A stretch of DNA of 63,896 nucleotides, the filler included, from Rhabdomonas costata (lineage: Eukaryota): the NCBI GenBank assembly GCA_019059605.1. It is 53 parts of 53 records of this genome, joined end to end, with 100 filler letters (N's around TTAATTAATTAA, not from the genome) between each part and the next. Parts side by side here need not be neighbours in the genome. Positions count along the whole stretch, not along the records: positions 1 to 1,108 come from JAHMHO010028217.1; positions 1,209 to 2,317 come from JAHMHO010028218.1; positions 2,418 to 3,525 come from JAHMHO010028219.1; positions 3,626 to 4,733 come from JAHMHO010028220.1; positions 4,834 to 5,941 come from JAHMHO010028221.1; positions 6,042 to 7,145 come from JAHMHO010028222.1; positions 7,246 to 8,353 come from JAHMHO010028223.1; positions 8,454 to 9,563 come from JAHMHO010028224.1; 45 more parts are not named here. The stretch is one strand, 5' to 3'. The notes below the pieces were generated by a model, which was not told where the DNA came from, searched no databases, and saw nothing but the letters and a program-made list of their open reading frames with translations. Every line of letters begins with the position of its first letter. Within the stretch, counting starts at the first letter, position 1. Position numbers and translations under genes: made by a program. Below, one piece after another: positions 1-11,326 of the stretch.

Positions 1-4
1 GGGG

Positions 5-104
5 GGTTGGAAAGACACCAGAGGTATACTATAAAGATTGCTTACATTCTGCCTTCCTAGAATGTAAGCAATCTTTATAGTATACCTCTGGTGTCTTTCC
101 AACC
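5..104. repeat. Terminal fold-back inverted repeat (46-bp arms, 8-nt loop), probable amplification chimera
   Basis: 5-50 is the exact reverse complement of 59-104, at a contig end. Confidence 0.85.
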
Positions 105-129
105 ACCTTACTTGCCTTGGCGACGGCTT

Positions 130-970
130 ATGGTTCTTATGCAAATAGCTACGTGCAGAGGTATCCGTGTGAACTCTGACATATGAACACAGCAAGTAAT
201 GCCTCCATGTGTGAAGCACCATTAGCTTCTTAAGTCTGAAACCACTAATACGGGATGCTTCGCAAGTCTGGATTTAAGCATCTGAAACTCCATTTCTTCA
301 GCTTCATTCCACATCCAATCCTTCTTCCTCTTCATTAAATTTGTCAGTTTGGATGTCACTGTGGTGTAATCTTCCACGAATTTCTGGTTTAAACCACACA
401 GTCCGAGGAAACTCTTCACATCTGTAGGGTCCAGCCACTTGTGCACTCCCATTAACTTCCTCGGCTGTGGCCTGATCCCATTTCTCCCCAAACTAAATCC
501 ATAATGCTCCATCTGCGGTTGGGATAGCATGCACTTCTCTGGATTATCACACAGCTTCACTTGGTCTTATCTCTGGTACAACACACTCTAAATGAGCTTC
601 CAACGTATCCGCGTGGAATAAAATGTCATCCGCATACGCCACTATAGTCTCCATCAAGTCCTTTAAAATGAAATACGTTGTTCTTTGGAACGTGTACGTG
701 GCATTGCACTATCCAGACGTAGTAACTCTGAAATTAAATGAGACATAATTTGTCTCAAATGCCTTCCTCAACACATTCTATGGAAAAATGCGTATCTCAT
801 GGAATCCAGCATGCAAAACCAGCTTTGAGAACAACTTCCACTTCCGATCATGATCAGTTATACTGTCAATTTGTGGTAAATGGTACGCGTCTGTGATTGT
901 AATTGCATTCAACTGTATGTAATCAACACAAAGCCGCAACTTATTGTATTCATTTGGAACAAACAGCACC
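130..970 (-). mobile_element. Decayed Ty3/Gypsy LTR-retrotransposon pol fragment (RT and RT-RNase H connection)
   Basis: Minus-strand motifs LRLCVDYIQLNAIT, FSKLVLHAGFHEIRI, YADDI (~622-636), KSFLGLCG, LTNLMKRKKDWMWNEAEEMEFQMLK; stops and frameshifts. Confidence 0.92.
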
Positions 971-1101
971 ACTGCGCGAGGTAGCTGGCTCTGTAAAACT
1001 AACTCTTCAGTTGCTTCCGCAATGGTGCTGTTTGTTCCAAATGAATACAATAAGTTGCGGCTTTGTGTTGATTACATACAGTTGAATGCAATTACAATCA
1101 C
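892..1101. repeat. Terminal fold-back inverted repeat (~79-bp arms)
   Basis: ~892-971 is inverted at ~1023-1101, duplicating the RT motif on the opposite strand at the contig end. Confidence 0.85.
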
Positions 1102-1108
1102 AAACACC

Positions 1109-1208
1109 NNNNNNNNNNNNNNNNNNNNNNNNNNNNNNNNNNNNNNNNNNNNTTAATTAATTAANNNNNNNNNNNNNNNNNNNNNNNNNNNNNNNNNNNN
1201 NNNNNNNN
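1109..1208. other. Artificial contig spacer N44-TTAATTAATTAA-N44 (first of about 52, recurring every ~1208 nt)
   Basis: Identical 100-nt spacer throughout; TTAATTAATTAA gives stops in all six frames; ORFs ending in X...LIN run into it. Confidence 0.99.
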
Positions 1209-1402
1209 GGTGGTTGGGTACGGTGGTGGTAGAAGGGCACACCAGATGCAGGTTCGACTGACCCATAATGGCACTTGTATCCTGTATCCTTTGAGGTTGA
1301 CACAATCATATCCTTAAAGGGAAATGAAAATCGACCTCTCCCCTTCCGTGCTTTCAGACCCCCTCCCCTCCCAGGCACACACACACACACACACACACAC
1401 AC

Positions 1403-2089
1403 CCTCTGGGCCTGCTCCTTCTCTTCGTCCTGCTTGATCTTTTGCAGGAGGTCGTTGAGGACCTGCATGTCCTCAGCCTTCTGCTGCCGCTGCCGCTCCG
1501 CTGAGAAGTCGCACGAGCAAAACAAACAAACCATGGTCACCACACTCACGCCAAACCTTGAGCTGATTTATCTCGTTTCTCGCATTTGGGAGTTCACAGC
1601 GAAACAGCAGGGCAAGCCAGCGCAAACAGGGTGTCCATGCTTCAGGCAAAAAAACAATAAATTACTCACGGGCTCAAAGGTTGGCGGGTGAACAAATGGA
1701 TACGATACAAAACAGGAGGGGGGGGGACGGGATAGAAGTCATTGGGACACAACGAATTTTAAAAAATCCATAACCAAATATTGAGAGCTCGGCTTATCTC
1801 TGACTGTCGAAAAAGTCATTGTGGTGGACACCACCCGCCACTCCACCACAATGACTTCTCCATTTCCGTGGCATTCGTGGTGATTACAGGGCACGTGCCC
1901 AGACCCACAACACTCATCCTCAAACAGAGAATTATTGAATGACTACAACAAATGAGAAAATGGCTGACCCTTTTCTTGACGGATGGTCTCGTTGAACTGC
2001 TTGGTGCGCACCCCCATGGCCACCCTCTCCGCCCTCAGCTGGCGCTCCTTCTGCAGCTCCACCTGCTTTGCCAGCTCAATTTGTTCCTT
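1403..2089 (-). CDS. Two exons (2089-1969, 1500-1403) of a coiled-coil protein, joined by GT-AG intron 1968-1501
   Basis: Splicing gives a continuous frame KEQIELAKQVELQKE...IRQEK-A-ERQRQQKAEDMQVLNDLLQKIKQDEEKEQAQR; phases match. Confidence 0.75.
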
Positions 2090-2094
2090 CTGAA

Positions 2095-2130
<36 letters not shown>

Positions 2131-2417
2131 GAAGTGCCCGGTCGTCACGACGAGACGAAAAAGGCCGATGTAGGAAGGAAAGTACTGGAGCTAGGAGAGA
2201 TGATCAGACGGCAGAACTCCTCAATTTTCACGGAACCACCTCACACCAGTAGAAGTATAGGAAAAACTCATGTGAAACTCACGTGCACCGGACAGCCATG
2301 AGTGGCTCACCCACACCNNNNNNNNNNNNNNNNNNNNNNNNNNNNNNNNNNNNNNNNNNNNTTAATTAATTAANNNNNNNNNNNNNNNNNNNNNNNNNNN
2401 NNNNNNNNNNNNNNNNN

Positions 2418-3165
2418 TGTTGTGGTGCGGGTCATCGGTGACCTGATGCGAGGTTTGGCCCCTGGGCCAACCGGCCTGAGGGCTGATCACTTGCTGCAGC
2501 TGGCAGCTTTCCAGCGGGGGAAGAACAAAGCTGCGCTCGCTGCTGCTTTGGCGTCCTTAATTAAGATGGCTCTCGCAGGGCAGATACCCGCTGATCTTGG
2601 GCGCTGGCTGTGTGCCGGGTGAGGCGTTCCGCTTCGAAAAAAGGATGGGGGTGTACACCCCCTTGTGGTGGGAGAAATTTTGCGTGCAACCATTTCTCGC
2701 TATGTTATGTTACGCTCTGAAGTTGCCGCTGCCCAGTCATTACCTGCAGGGCTTCTCTCCAGGACGGAACGGCATGCAGGCAGGCATATTTGCAGCGCGA
2801 CTGTGGGCTCAGCGAGTCATGTCGAATAAGCATCTGGTCATGGTTAAGCTGGATGTTCGCAATGCCTACAACAGTATCTCCCGTCACTACTACTGCGAGA
2901 TAGCCGACACAATTGACCCCGAACTTTCACAATGGGCACGATGGTGCATGGCCACTCCGGCGCTGCTCAGCTGCAATGGTGAGTTGGTCCTCTGTCGCAC
3001 CGGCGTGCAGCAGGGCGAGCCTCTGTCGCCGATACTCTTTTGTGCAGGCTTGGCACCGACTGTAATGGCATTGCCGAAGGGCATCCTGAGGTTGCGCAGC
3101 AATGGTACTTGGATGGCGGGCTTCTCTGTGGTGAGGTTGCCCGCGTGGCTAAGAGCCTGCCCGAT
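2418..3165 (+). mobile_element. Decayed non-LTR retrotransposon RT, CRE/SLACS/CZAR-like clade
   Basis: APGPTGLRADHL, PLRKKDGGVHPLVVGEILR, KLDVRNAYNSISR, GVQQGEPLSPILF, WYLDGG (YLDD box mutated); in-frame TGA and frameshifts. Confidence 0.88.
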
Positions 3166-3396
3166 GACGACTGCAGTCGTTGTGGTGGACAATGCCACAA
3201 CTTCAGCAACTTGGGATGAGACGCCCGAACAAACCCTTCGAGGATCCAACCACACCTCCTCCTTCCTTTCTGTCTTTCTCCCCGTTTCGAGCATGAAGGC
3301 CAGGATGATGCAATTCTCCATGTAACGTTCCTGCCTCAGCCACTTTGATACATTATTATTTCTTGCAACCGATCAGGAGCAAATTGATTACTTTCA

Positions 3397-3519
3397 GGGT
3401 AGAACTGTACAAAGCCTGTTTCTCTGTCATCCGGTCTGTTTGTCAACTTCCTTCCCACGGTTCGCCGTTGTTGCTGCTGACCGGATGACAGAGAAACAGG
3501 CTTTGTACAGTTCTACCCC
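3397..3519. repeat. Terminal fold-back inverted repeat (~41-bp arms)
   Basis: gggtagaactgtacaaagcc... is reverse complemented at the contig end. Confidence 0.8.
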
Positions 3520-3633
3520 AAAAAANNNNNNNNNNNNNNNNNNNNNNNNNNNNNNNNNNNNNNNNNNNNTTAATTAATTAANNNNNNNNNNNNNNNNNNN
3601 NNNNNNNNNNNNNNNNNNNNNNNNNTGTGGGTT

Positions 3634-3738
3634 TGCAGACCTACCGCGGGATTATGCACGGGGTGCTGTTTGTTGCTCCCACGAAGCTCTTGGGAGCAAC
3701 AAACAGCACCCCGTGCATAATCCCGCGGTAGGTCTGCA
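3634..3738. repeat. Terminal fold-back inverted repeat (~48-bp arms)
   Basis: tgcagacctaccgcggg...gctccca and its reverse complement at the contig start. Confidence 0.8.
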
Positions 3739-3808
3739 CACACACATCCACACACAAGAACGCAAACGCTTCAAGCATTACGGCTTGCGTGGCCCGATGT
3801 CATTGCAC

Positions 3809-4397
3809 CTTGTGCTCACGTTCGCTTCAGGTTGGGTGTTCACGAGGTGAACCACTGCTGTGAGCTCTACCTAAAGAAAACATTCTTATGCCAGTGGGGA
3901 AACCATATTTCGCTGTGTCTTGGCCAAGTTGTTCACTCAGCACCCCGCCACGCACGGCATTCCTCCACTGAACCCCCCAATGTCGCAAAGTCGCAAAGCA
4001 GTTTCATACACCTGCTCTCGGACAAGGACAAGCTTGAAGGAAGGAAGGGATGAAGGAAGGAAGGGATGAAGGAAGGAAGGGAAAGGGGGCTGCTGCACAA
4101 GCAGCGCCTGTGGGCGCGCGTGGGCGCCCACCTCGGGGTTGAAGGGGTACCACCAGATATTGCGCGGGATGTGGGCGGACGGAAGCATGTCCCAGTTCAC
4201 GACCTTCGCGTTGCACATCTCCCGCAGCCCAAGCACGCCGTGCTGGAGGAGGAATACCCACCATCAACACCCCCATTGGCACCCTTTTTGCAATCCAGAC
4301 ATTGAAGTCAATTTGGCGGCTGTGCTCCTGCGGCTGTTGACCGGGACTCTGCCGCAGCCGTGGCCCTTGCCGAGTCCATCCTTTACCACGCACACAC
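3809..4397 (-). CDS. Three exons (4397-4283, 4242-4132, 3870-3809) of an uncharacterised protein; includes a 40-nt GT-AG intron
   Basis: Removing gtgcca...cctccag (4282-4243) joins ...IDFNVWIAKR to HGVLGLREMCNAKVVNWDMLPSAHIPRNIWWYPFNPE in frame; polypyrimidine-AG acceptors. Confidence 0.6.
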
Positions 4398-4971
4398 CTA
4401 GAATCACAGGACGATAACCAAAACACAAAGATCCATAAGCACAGCACAAAAAGCGGCGAATGGAAATGCGTAGCACTCCGACGGTGCTCACCTCTCCCTG
4501 CACCGCTCCGGTCTACATCTCTCATGTAACCTCACCAGCTCAACAACCGGTTCCTGAAAAGAGATAAATTACTAAGTTTCAGCTGTGCGGACAAACTTTT
4601 ACAATGCAGGGAAAGACGGAGGCGACACATAGAACGGCAGGGTGCGACAGTTACAGCGCGACAGCTCACTGTTCACGTGCATCCCGCGCGTCCCCTGAAG
4701 GACGACGCAGGGCAGGGCGGCAGCCACACCCCCNNNNNNNNNNNNNNNNNNNNNNNNNNNNNNNNNNNNNNNNNNNNTTAATTAATTAANNNNNNNNNNN
4801 NNNNNNNNNNNNNNNNNNNNNNNNNNNNNNNNNGGTTTTTGGTCCGCTTGGAAAAAGAAGAGCTTTTCCCAACAGAAGCACCGCTCTTGTTCAACGCTGT
4901 GATGCACGCACCATTCCTATGGTATCTCATTAAAAGAGAACAAAGCTAAGGCAATTGGCCCCGAGGCCCAC

Positions 4972-5219
4972 CTCTCCAGGCCATGTGCCGGCGGATCTGG
5001 TGGTGTCGTCCCGTGTGCAGCTGCAGCCCCACCCTGGACACGTCCGCCACAGGTTCGGCTCCCTCGAAACAGCTGCGCCGAAGCGGGATGAGGGTGGTCT
5101 TGGCAGGCAGCGGAGTGCGATGCGATTGCCCTGGCCTGCGGTGCCACACGGGCTGGGTGATCTCCTCGGGAGCCACAACATTCCCGAACAGCAGGGCAAT
5201 GTACAGCTTGTCATCAACG
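4972..5219 (-). CDS. Internal exon, RluA/RPUSD-family RNA pseudouridine synthase
   Basis: KLYIALLFG...AKTTL...SRVGLQLHTGRHHQIRRHMAWRG matches RluA KxYxA and TGRxHQIRxH motifs; flanked by ctgcag and GT. Confidence 0.85.
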
Positions 5220-6980
5220 CTGCAGCGGTGCGAGGCAGATATGGAAAATCAGCCTCGAGGGTGACAGTTGGAGATAAACGAGGACCCGAACATGAAAGAG
5301 TAGTGTTTTATTCCAGAGCTGTGTTTTTGGGATAGCGGCAAACAGAGACGAACACGAAGCAGTCCGAGTACCACAAATGAAACAGCTGGGAAGGAGACCG
5401 AGGTACCTTCTTTCATTGTGAGGTCGAGCCGTAGCGTACGCTCGAAAATGGAAAGGGTAGGGGGCTCCAAAGAATGACGCAATTGTGTCGAAGGTGGAAG
5501 GCGGGCACGGTATGAGAGAAGGGGATGTTCGGCCGATGTGGTAAGCCTCGCTCATTCGCCTCAATCGAAGGTCATGCCTTGATGGGGAATCACAGTGGTT
5601 TACAGAAGAGAGCAAGGGTGTATCATGTCGCAGTGGTCCAAGATGTCAAGTGCGTGAAGCACAAGAACGAGGCAAAAAGAAAAGAGTGAGATAGGAAGTA
5701 GGAAAAGAACTGGGAGACGACTGGTGGGGTAACTGAAATGTATATGTGTGCTGGTTGTTGCTGGTGACAGCTGTGGACTGTTGGGCGCACGCGCAATTGG
5801 CCACGAAGCCTCGCGAGAGGTAGGTTGAGGTGGTTGCGGTTCTAGCCCTTCGCATTCTTCCCAGCAAGAAGAAATGCCCCACACCAGATCCCAAGGGACC
5901 CCAAGCTCCCTGCACCCCCCAACCCCAAACACACCCACCACNNNNNNNNNNNNNNNNNNNNNNNNNNNNNNNNNNNNNNNNNNNNTTAATTAATTAANNN
6001 NNNNNNNNNNNNNNNNNNNNNNNNNNNNNNNNNNNNNNNNNGAGCACGCCGAAACCTTTCCTGGCTCATTACAAAACGGCAGTCAGAAATGGGATTTCAA
6101 CGGCAAAACAAAAACTCGAATGAAATCTGCCGCACACACACGCTCACACACCAAGACCTGGAAGGCAGACCAACAACCGAACCAAACCGAACCACCAGAA
6201 CCGCGCCGCCTCTCGGTATCTTCTCTGGGTCTAATTCGCAAACATCCCCCATATTTTTGTACAAGAAAATTCGAAAAGTTACGAATAAGTTTTGAAACAC
6301 CAAAAACTCAAACCGGAGCTGTTTTGACCTCAGAGAAACAGGTTTGCTGCCAAGGTTGGGAGGCGGCATTCACTTGAAGTGAAGCAAGCAACAAAATCAC
6401 AGACAGAAGCAGAAACAGAAACAGAAAGTCCTTTCGGGTGACCCGCCGGCTCAGGCCTTATCGGCTACGCCATACGGCATACGGAAGGTGCCGAGACCTG
6501 CAGGTAGGCAAAAGGTCTCCAAAACATCTGGGTACCTAGCAATTGAACTTCGCCACATTTGCTGGCTCTGTGCACGTGTTCGGATGCGCTGAAAATTCCG
6601 GAGCGTTTCGGGAAGTACGCAAAATACGCAGAAATGCAAAGAGAAGAATGAGAAAGAAATAACGAAATGTGGTGATCCCTACGATACATCCTCTCTTCCC
6701 AACCTGCGTATGCCAGCTACAGCGCTTGGGGCTCCAGTTTTTAGCATTCGTCGGACAACAGTCGACGTACTTCAGGCACCCAATCCTCGTTTTCAGCAGA
6801 TGGAGAGCGCCGATTTAAGACACTTCGTGGGGTCATTTTCAGTGTGAGTACCCCAAACACGACCTCACGAGTGTGCGAAAACTCCAGCAGAGACAGAGGC
6901 CATATGACCCGAAAATGGAGCAATGCGATTCCATGGATGCTGCACTGGAATTGTTTTGCTATTCTGCTGTTGCTGCATAG

Positions 6981-7078
6981 GACTCCACCCATCTTTGGGA
7001 GCACATGCCCAAGGATATGGCCAACGCCCTGGAGGTGCACAACGATGTGATGCGGGCGGCGATCCGGCAGTTCCGGGG
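6981..7078 (+). CDS. Exon of class III (receptor-type) adenylate/guanylate cyclase, truncated by a fold-back
   Basis: After a catag acceptor: DSTHLWEHMPKDMANALEVHNDVMRAAIRQFRG, typical of the helix after the TDI motif; ~6969-7028 is then inverted at ~7077-7135. Confidence 0.85.
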
Positions 7079-7551
7079 CGTTGGCCATATCCTTGGGCAT
7101 GTGCTCCCAAAGATGGGTGGAGTCCTATGCAGCAACACCAAAACANNNNNNNNNNNNNNNNNNNNNNNNNNNNNNNNNNNNNNNNNNNNTTAATTAATTA
7201 ANNNNNNNNNNNNNNNNNNNNNNNNNNNNNNNNNNNNNNNNNNNNGGGTGGTTGGCCTTGTTGCGGGCCAGATGGGAGAGGGACCACAGGCAGCAGGCGC
7301 CGGATCCCTGGGGTTGGCCCTCGAGCGGCAGCTGGACCTCGCAGTGAGCGGCTTCCGGTAGGGAAGCCGCACGCCCGGGGACAGCCATGCTCGCGTAGCA
7401 ACGCAACACGGGAGGAAGAGGGAGGGTAGTACTCAGGGTGTAAAGGAACCCAAAAGCAGAAGCAGAAGCAGAAGAGAGAGATATAATCGGGAAAGAGAGA
7501 GGAATCCACAAAAACGCGGGACATGGACCAATTCAGCGAAAGGCCGTGGTG

Positions 7552-8263
7552 TTAAATAACGTGAAGGAGAGATGCCAGGGCTTGGGAGAGTTGAGTGGGT
7601 GTTCCCATCATGTTGCCGTCATCATGGAACCACACCACCCACCGTGCAAAAAATGAGCAGTTTTTACCACAGGGATGGTTCCCGCAGAAAAGAGTCCTGG
7701 CAACAGCTGGTCCACTTGCTGCACACCTTGACAAGAAGAGATCACCCGGAACACGTGAGTAACACCAATCGGCCCAAGGGGCCAAAGCAGGTGCGTGTTT
7801 GCGGATATCATGGAGGAACACGTCCAGCCGAAGGGAGTTGAAAGCATTGGAGAAGTCGAGTTGTACCTAACACAGACTTCACGAGTTGTTCGAACTCCAC
7901 TCACGCACTGCGTGCACAATCAGCTCACACGCCATGGGTATACCCACACCCACTTGCCTCGTATGGAAGTCAGAAATGGTGTCTGGTCTGTCAGTAAAGC
8001 CTTTACCAGCAGCAGCCGCAGGGTATCGCCCACTGCAATGGGACGGATCCTGCCTTCCACAACCCGATCAGGCGCGCTCATGCGAAAAAGGGAGCGAGGC
8101 ATGCAGGAATCCTACCGTTAGAGAAAGCATTGACCACACGGGTAAGAGCGCGCAGGAGGGCTTGCTGCACTTGCGAGGGACCGAAAGTCAGCAACTCGCG
8201 CAGGTAGGTTTGGCGGAACCCTGAATGGCCCGCAGGAGTGGAGTGCAAAGGAGAGGGCCGCAT
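7552..8263 (-). mobile_element. Second decayed CRE-clade non-LTR retrotransposon RT
   Basis: PAGHSGFRQTYLRELL, RIRPIAVGDTLRLL, LAPWADWCYS, GVQQVDQL, WFHDDGNM; several frameshifts. Confidence 0.85.
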
Positions 8264-9402
8264 CAGATACGGCGGACTCCTCCAGGCACACCAGGTTGTT
8301 CTCGGGTGAGAGGCCTGGAGGAACCTCTGTGGCAGGGGATGCAGAGCCTGCAGNNNNNNNNNNNNNNNNNNNNNNNNNNNNNNNNNNNNNNNNNNNNTTA
8401 ATTAATTAANNNNNNNNNNNNNNNNNNNNNNNNNNNNNNNNNNNNNNNNNNNNCTGTGAAAGGCCAAAGGGCACACTCACACCCCCTGAAGTGCGCGTGT
8501 TAGTTAGAAGGGGCGAAGCCAAAGCACACCACAGGCATCAGGCAGTCGAAAGCACACCATCCACGCGGAAGGGCAGCCCAGGAAGTTTGCCAAGAGGTTT
8601 GGGTTTTGGAGTCAAAGCTTGCACGCCCTCGCACACTCGTAGCCCCACCACCCCAGCCGGAAGAGAAAGCATGTCACACTCCAACTATGCTGCGGGAACT
8701 CTTACGTGGCTCCTACCTCTTTGGGTGGTCGTGCCTCTGGATCCCACTCGAGATGGACTGTATCCCGACCTTGCTTGCACAAGGTTGGCGCTGCCTCGGC
8801 TTACCTAGGTGTCTTGGCACCTAGAACGGGGCGGAGGTCTCTTCCGTTCGTCCGGGGGTCGCTCTGGTACTCTCTGCGGGCGTCGCCTTTCTGAAACGGG
8901 GGCGGGGGTGCCAACCACTTTTCGATTTACCAAGCCGCTTCGGCGTAAATCTGGCGACCTCTGGGGGCACAACTCTGCAGACCAGGGGGGGTCACTTGTG
9001 GCTCGTGAGGGCTGCTTTAGGCACAGGGGGGGTCTCTTGGCCGGGCCTTGGTGCCCACACCTTCTGGGCTGTGGAGGGGTTTCGCTGGGCGGGTCTCGCC
9101 GCTTATGCCTTTCCCCAATCTCCCACCCAAAGAAAGGCTGTGGAAGGGGCACGGGACCGCACACACACACCCTGTCCTGTGTTCACCGCACTAACGCCAC
9201 ACCCTTTTCCACCCCTCTCCCTCTGCTGGTGCCTCGGGTCTCCGCGGCTCTCGCCTGCGGTTCCGCTGTGGTTCTGCTGCACCTCCTCTGTAAAAACACA
9301 ATTAAAGGCGAAACGCAACACAAATTCAAACAAAAAGCGACCTGTTAGGTTTAATTCAGCATTAAGGGCCCACGCAATGTACAAAAACCTAATCAAGGAC
9401 CT

Positions 9403-9562
9403 CTCTCTGTAATTCTCGTAGTTCTTAGCGTTCAAGGGCACCAGGGTAGTCAGAACGAAATCCCGAAATCCGCCTGACCTGTGAAAACTCGGAAGAAAGG
9501 TGAGAATGCAACTTTCTTCTTCCGGAACCCTGGAACACACCCTGTGGATTTCTAATGCGGTC
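9403..9562 (-). repeat. Dispersed 160-bp repeat, copy A (copy B at 47115-47274), apparently coding
   Basis: Ungapped match with 15 substitutions; both encode TALEIHRVCSRVPEEES..FTFLPSF..FVLTTLVPLNAKNYENYRE-like peptide. Confidence 0.9.
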
Positions 9563-11074
9563 GNNNNNNNNNNNNNNNNNNNNNNNNNNNNNNNNNNNNN
9601 NNNNNNNTTAATTAATTAANNNNNNNNNNNNNNNNNNNNNNNNNNNNNNNNNNNNNNNNNNNNGGGTTGTGTGGGGTCGTCCTGAAGAGGAACAGGAGAA
9701 TATGAAGATCATCACAGAGTGGACAAACTTAATCCATCATTAATATTTTGTTCTACCAATCGCTTGTTTAGGCAACAGAAATGATGGGGATAGTGGGCGA
9801 CGCTGAAAGGACAGTGGGAAGACACCAACGGAAAATCAGCCAGAGAACTGTATGGCAAGAGAGACATTCTTCGAATTCAGGAACAAACCAAACCAAAAAC
9901 TACATTAATCTAAAAAAAACCGACAATGGCGGGGGGGGGGGTGCAGCCCCGTCTCTCTTCACTGGAGACTGGGAAGACCCCCCTTTGCCACCCCGGGCCA
10001 AAATGCTATCTCAAGTTTATCAATAGAAACTTGACAGCAACATAAAAAAAACTCAAAGCAGAAGGGAGGGCAAAAAATCGGACAAAAAACAAAACAAACC
10101 ACAGACTAACCGGTTTTGCGTCTTCGCTAAAGTTGCTCTCCTCCCAATGAAGATAGTCCAACGGCGGCAGCGTGAGAACGTGTAACACAACTTGCAGGTC
10201 CTGAGGAAACAAGTCTGACTTCTGAAGAACGAACGCTTTCGCGGGCAGCCGCCCATTGCGTCTCAGTGCCTGCTGCCTTGCTTGCTGTTCATCGACAGAA
10301 GACCCCAAGCAGCCTCGCTGAGCACACCACTGATGCGCAGTAGCTAGGATCAGGTCCACGCCCAAGCTCACAATATCATGGGGATTGCTGCTTTCCACAA
10401 ATCCATACTGTTTGAGCAGCTGCGCATTGGAGAGTGGACCATAGCTGTTGTAAATCTCCTCCCCTGAAGAACATAGAATGAGCTACTGTGGCACACGTTT
10501 CAGCATGAAAACGAGCACCCCCCTCCCCACACCAGTGAAAGGAGAAAAATCGCAACACCTTTTTCAATGTCCGCGTGGACAAGAAAAGAACCCTCGTCAA
10601 AACTTAGCCGAACTCCTTGTTTCGAAGAGCTGTGATTGAAGAGATCTGCGACGGGGACCAAAAACGGCCTGAAAAGAAAGATGAAATAAACTGCAACACT
10701 GAGTTCGAAATTAGGAGGTTCACTCATTTTATTCGGTTTCACACCCGCCCTGGACGTCGCAGTCCACGAAGNNNNNNNNNNNNNNNNNNNNNNNNNNNNN
10801 NNNNNNNNNNNNNNNTTAATTAATTAANNNNNNNNNNNNNNNNNNNNNNNNNNNNNNNNNNNNNNNNNNNNTGTGTTGTGTGTTTGGTGGGGGGGGGGGA
10901 GAGAGAGAAAAGGAAGAGCGGAGTGAGCAAAGGTGTATAAACAGGAGACAATGCAAACAGGAGACAATTGATGGCTTCAGAAAATATAAGCGCGATCATA
11001 TTAGTCCAGCAACACGAACAGTCGAGAACTGAAGCATGGCAGTGCGTACACGTGCAGGTTGGGTCCTACCTTAC

Positions 11075-11326
11075 AGTGGGGCGAAACATCAGCTCAAAGC
11101 TAATTGTTGATAGATGTCTGCTGGCTGCCAAGTCGAAAAAGAACCCCAGCCTGTCCACAGTCGCGTTGTAGGTAAGGATAGAGGTATCTCCCGCTCCCTT
11201 CAGCACCCCATAGCCCTTCAGGCGACGAGACTCCACATGCAGCAGGTCCTCAGACGGCTGTATTAGCTCCATAAATGCACTCTTGGTGCTGCGCATGTTG
11301 GAGAGGCGAAGCTCCATGGTCACCGA
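11075..11326 (-). CDS. Probable internal exon, unknown protein
   Basis: 252-nt open segment (SVTMELRLSNMRSTK...FELMFRPT) between a cccttcag acceptor and a GTAAGG donor. Confidence 0.45.

Noticed and set aside
5-104. Terminal hairpins as hairpin telomeres, ncRNAs or MITEs
   Set aside because: They occur at the ends of unrelated contigs, copy arbitrary local sequence including RT and cyclase coding DNA, and end in primer-like bases; typical WGA fold-back chimeras.
1109-1208. Regularly spaced TTAATTAATTAA as a biological repeat or CRISPR-like array
   Set aside because: It sits inside N runs at fixed length and is a six-frame-stop assembly spacer.
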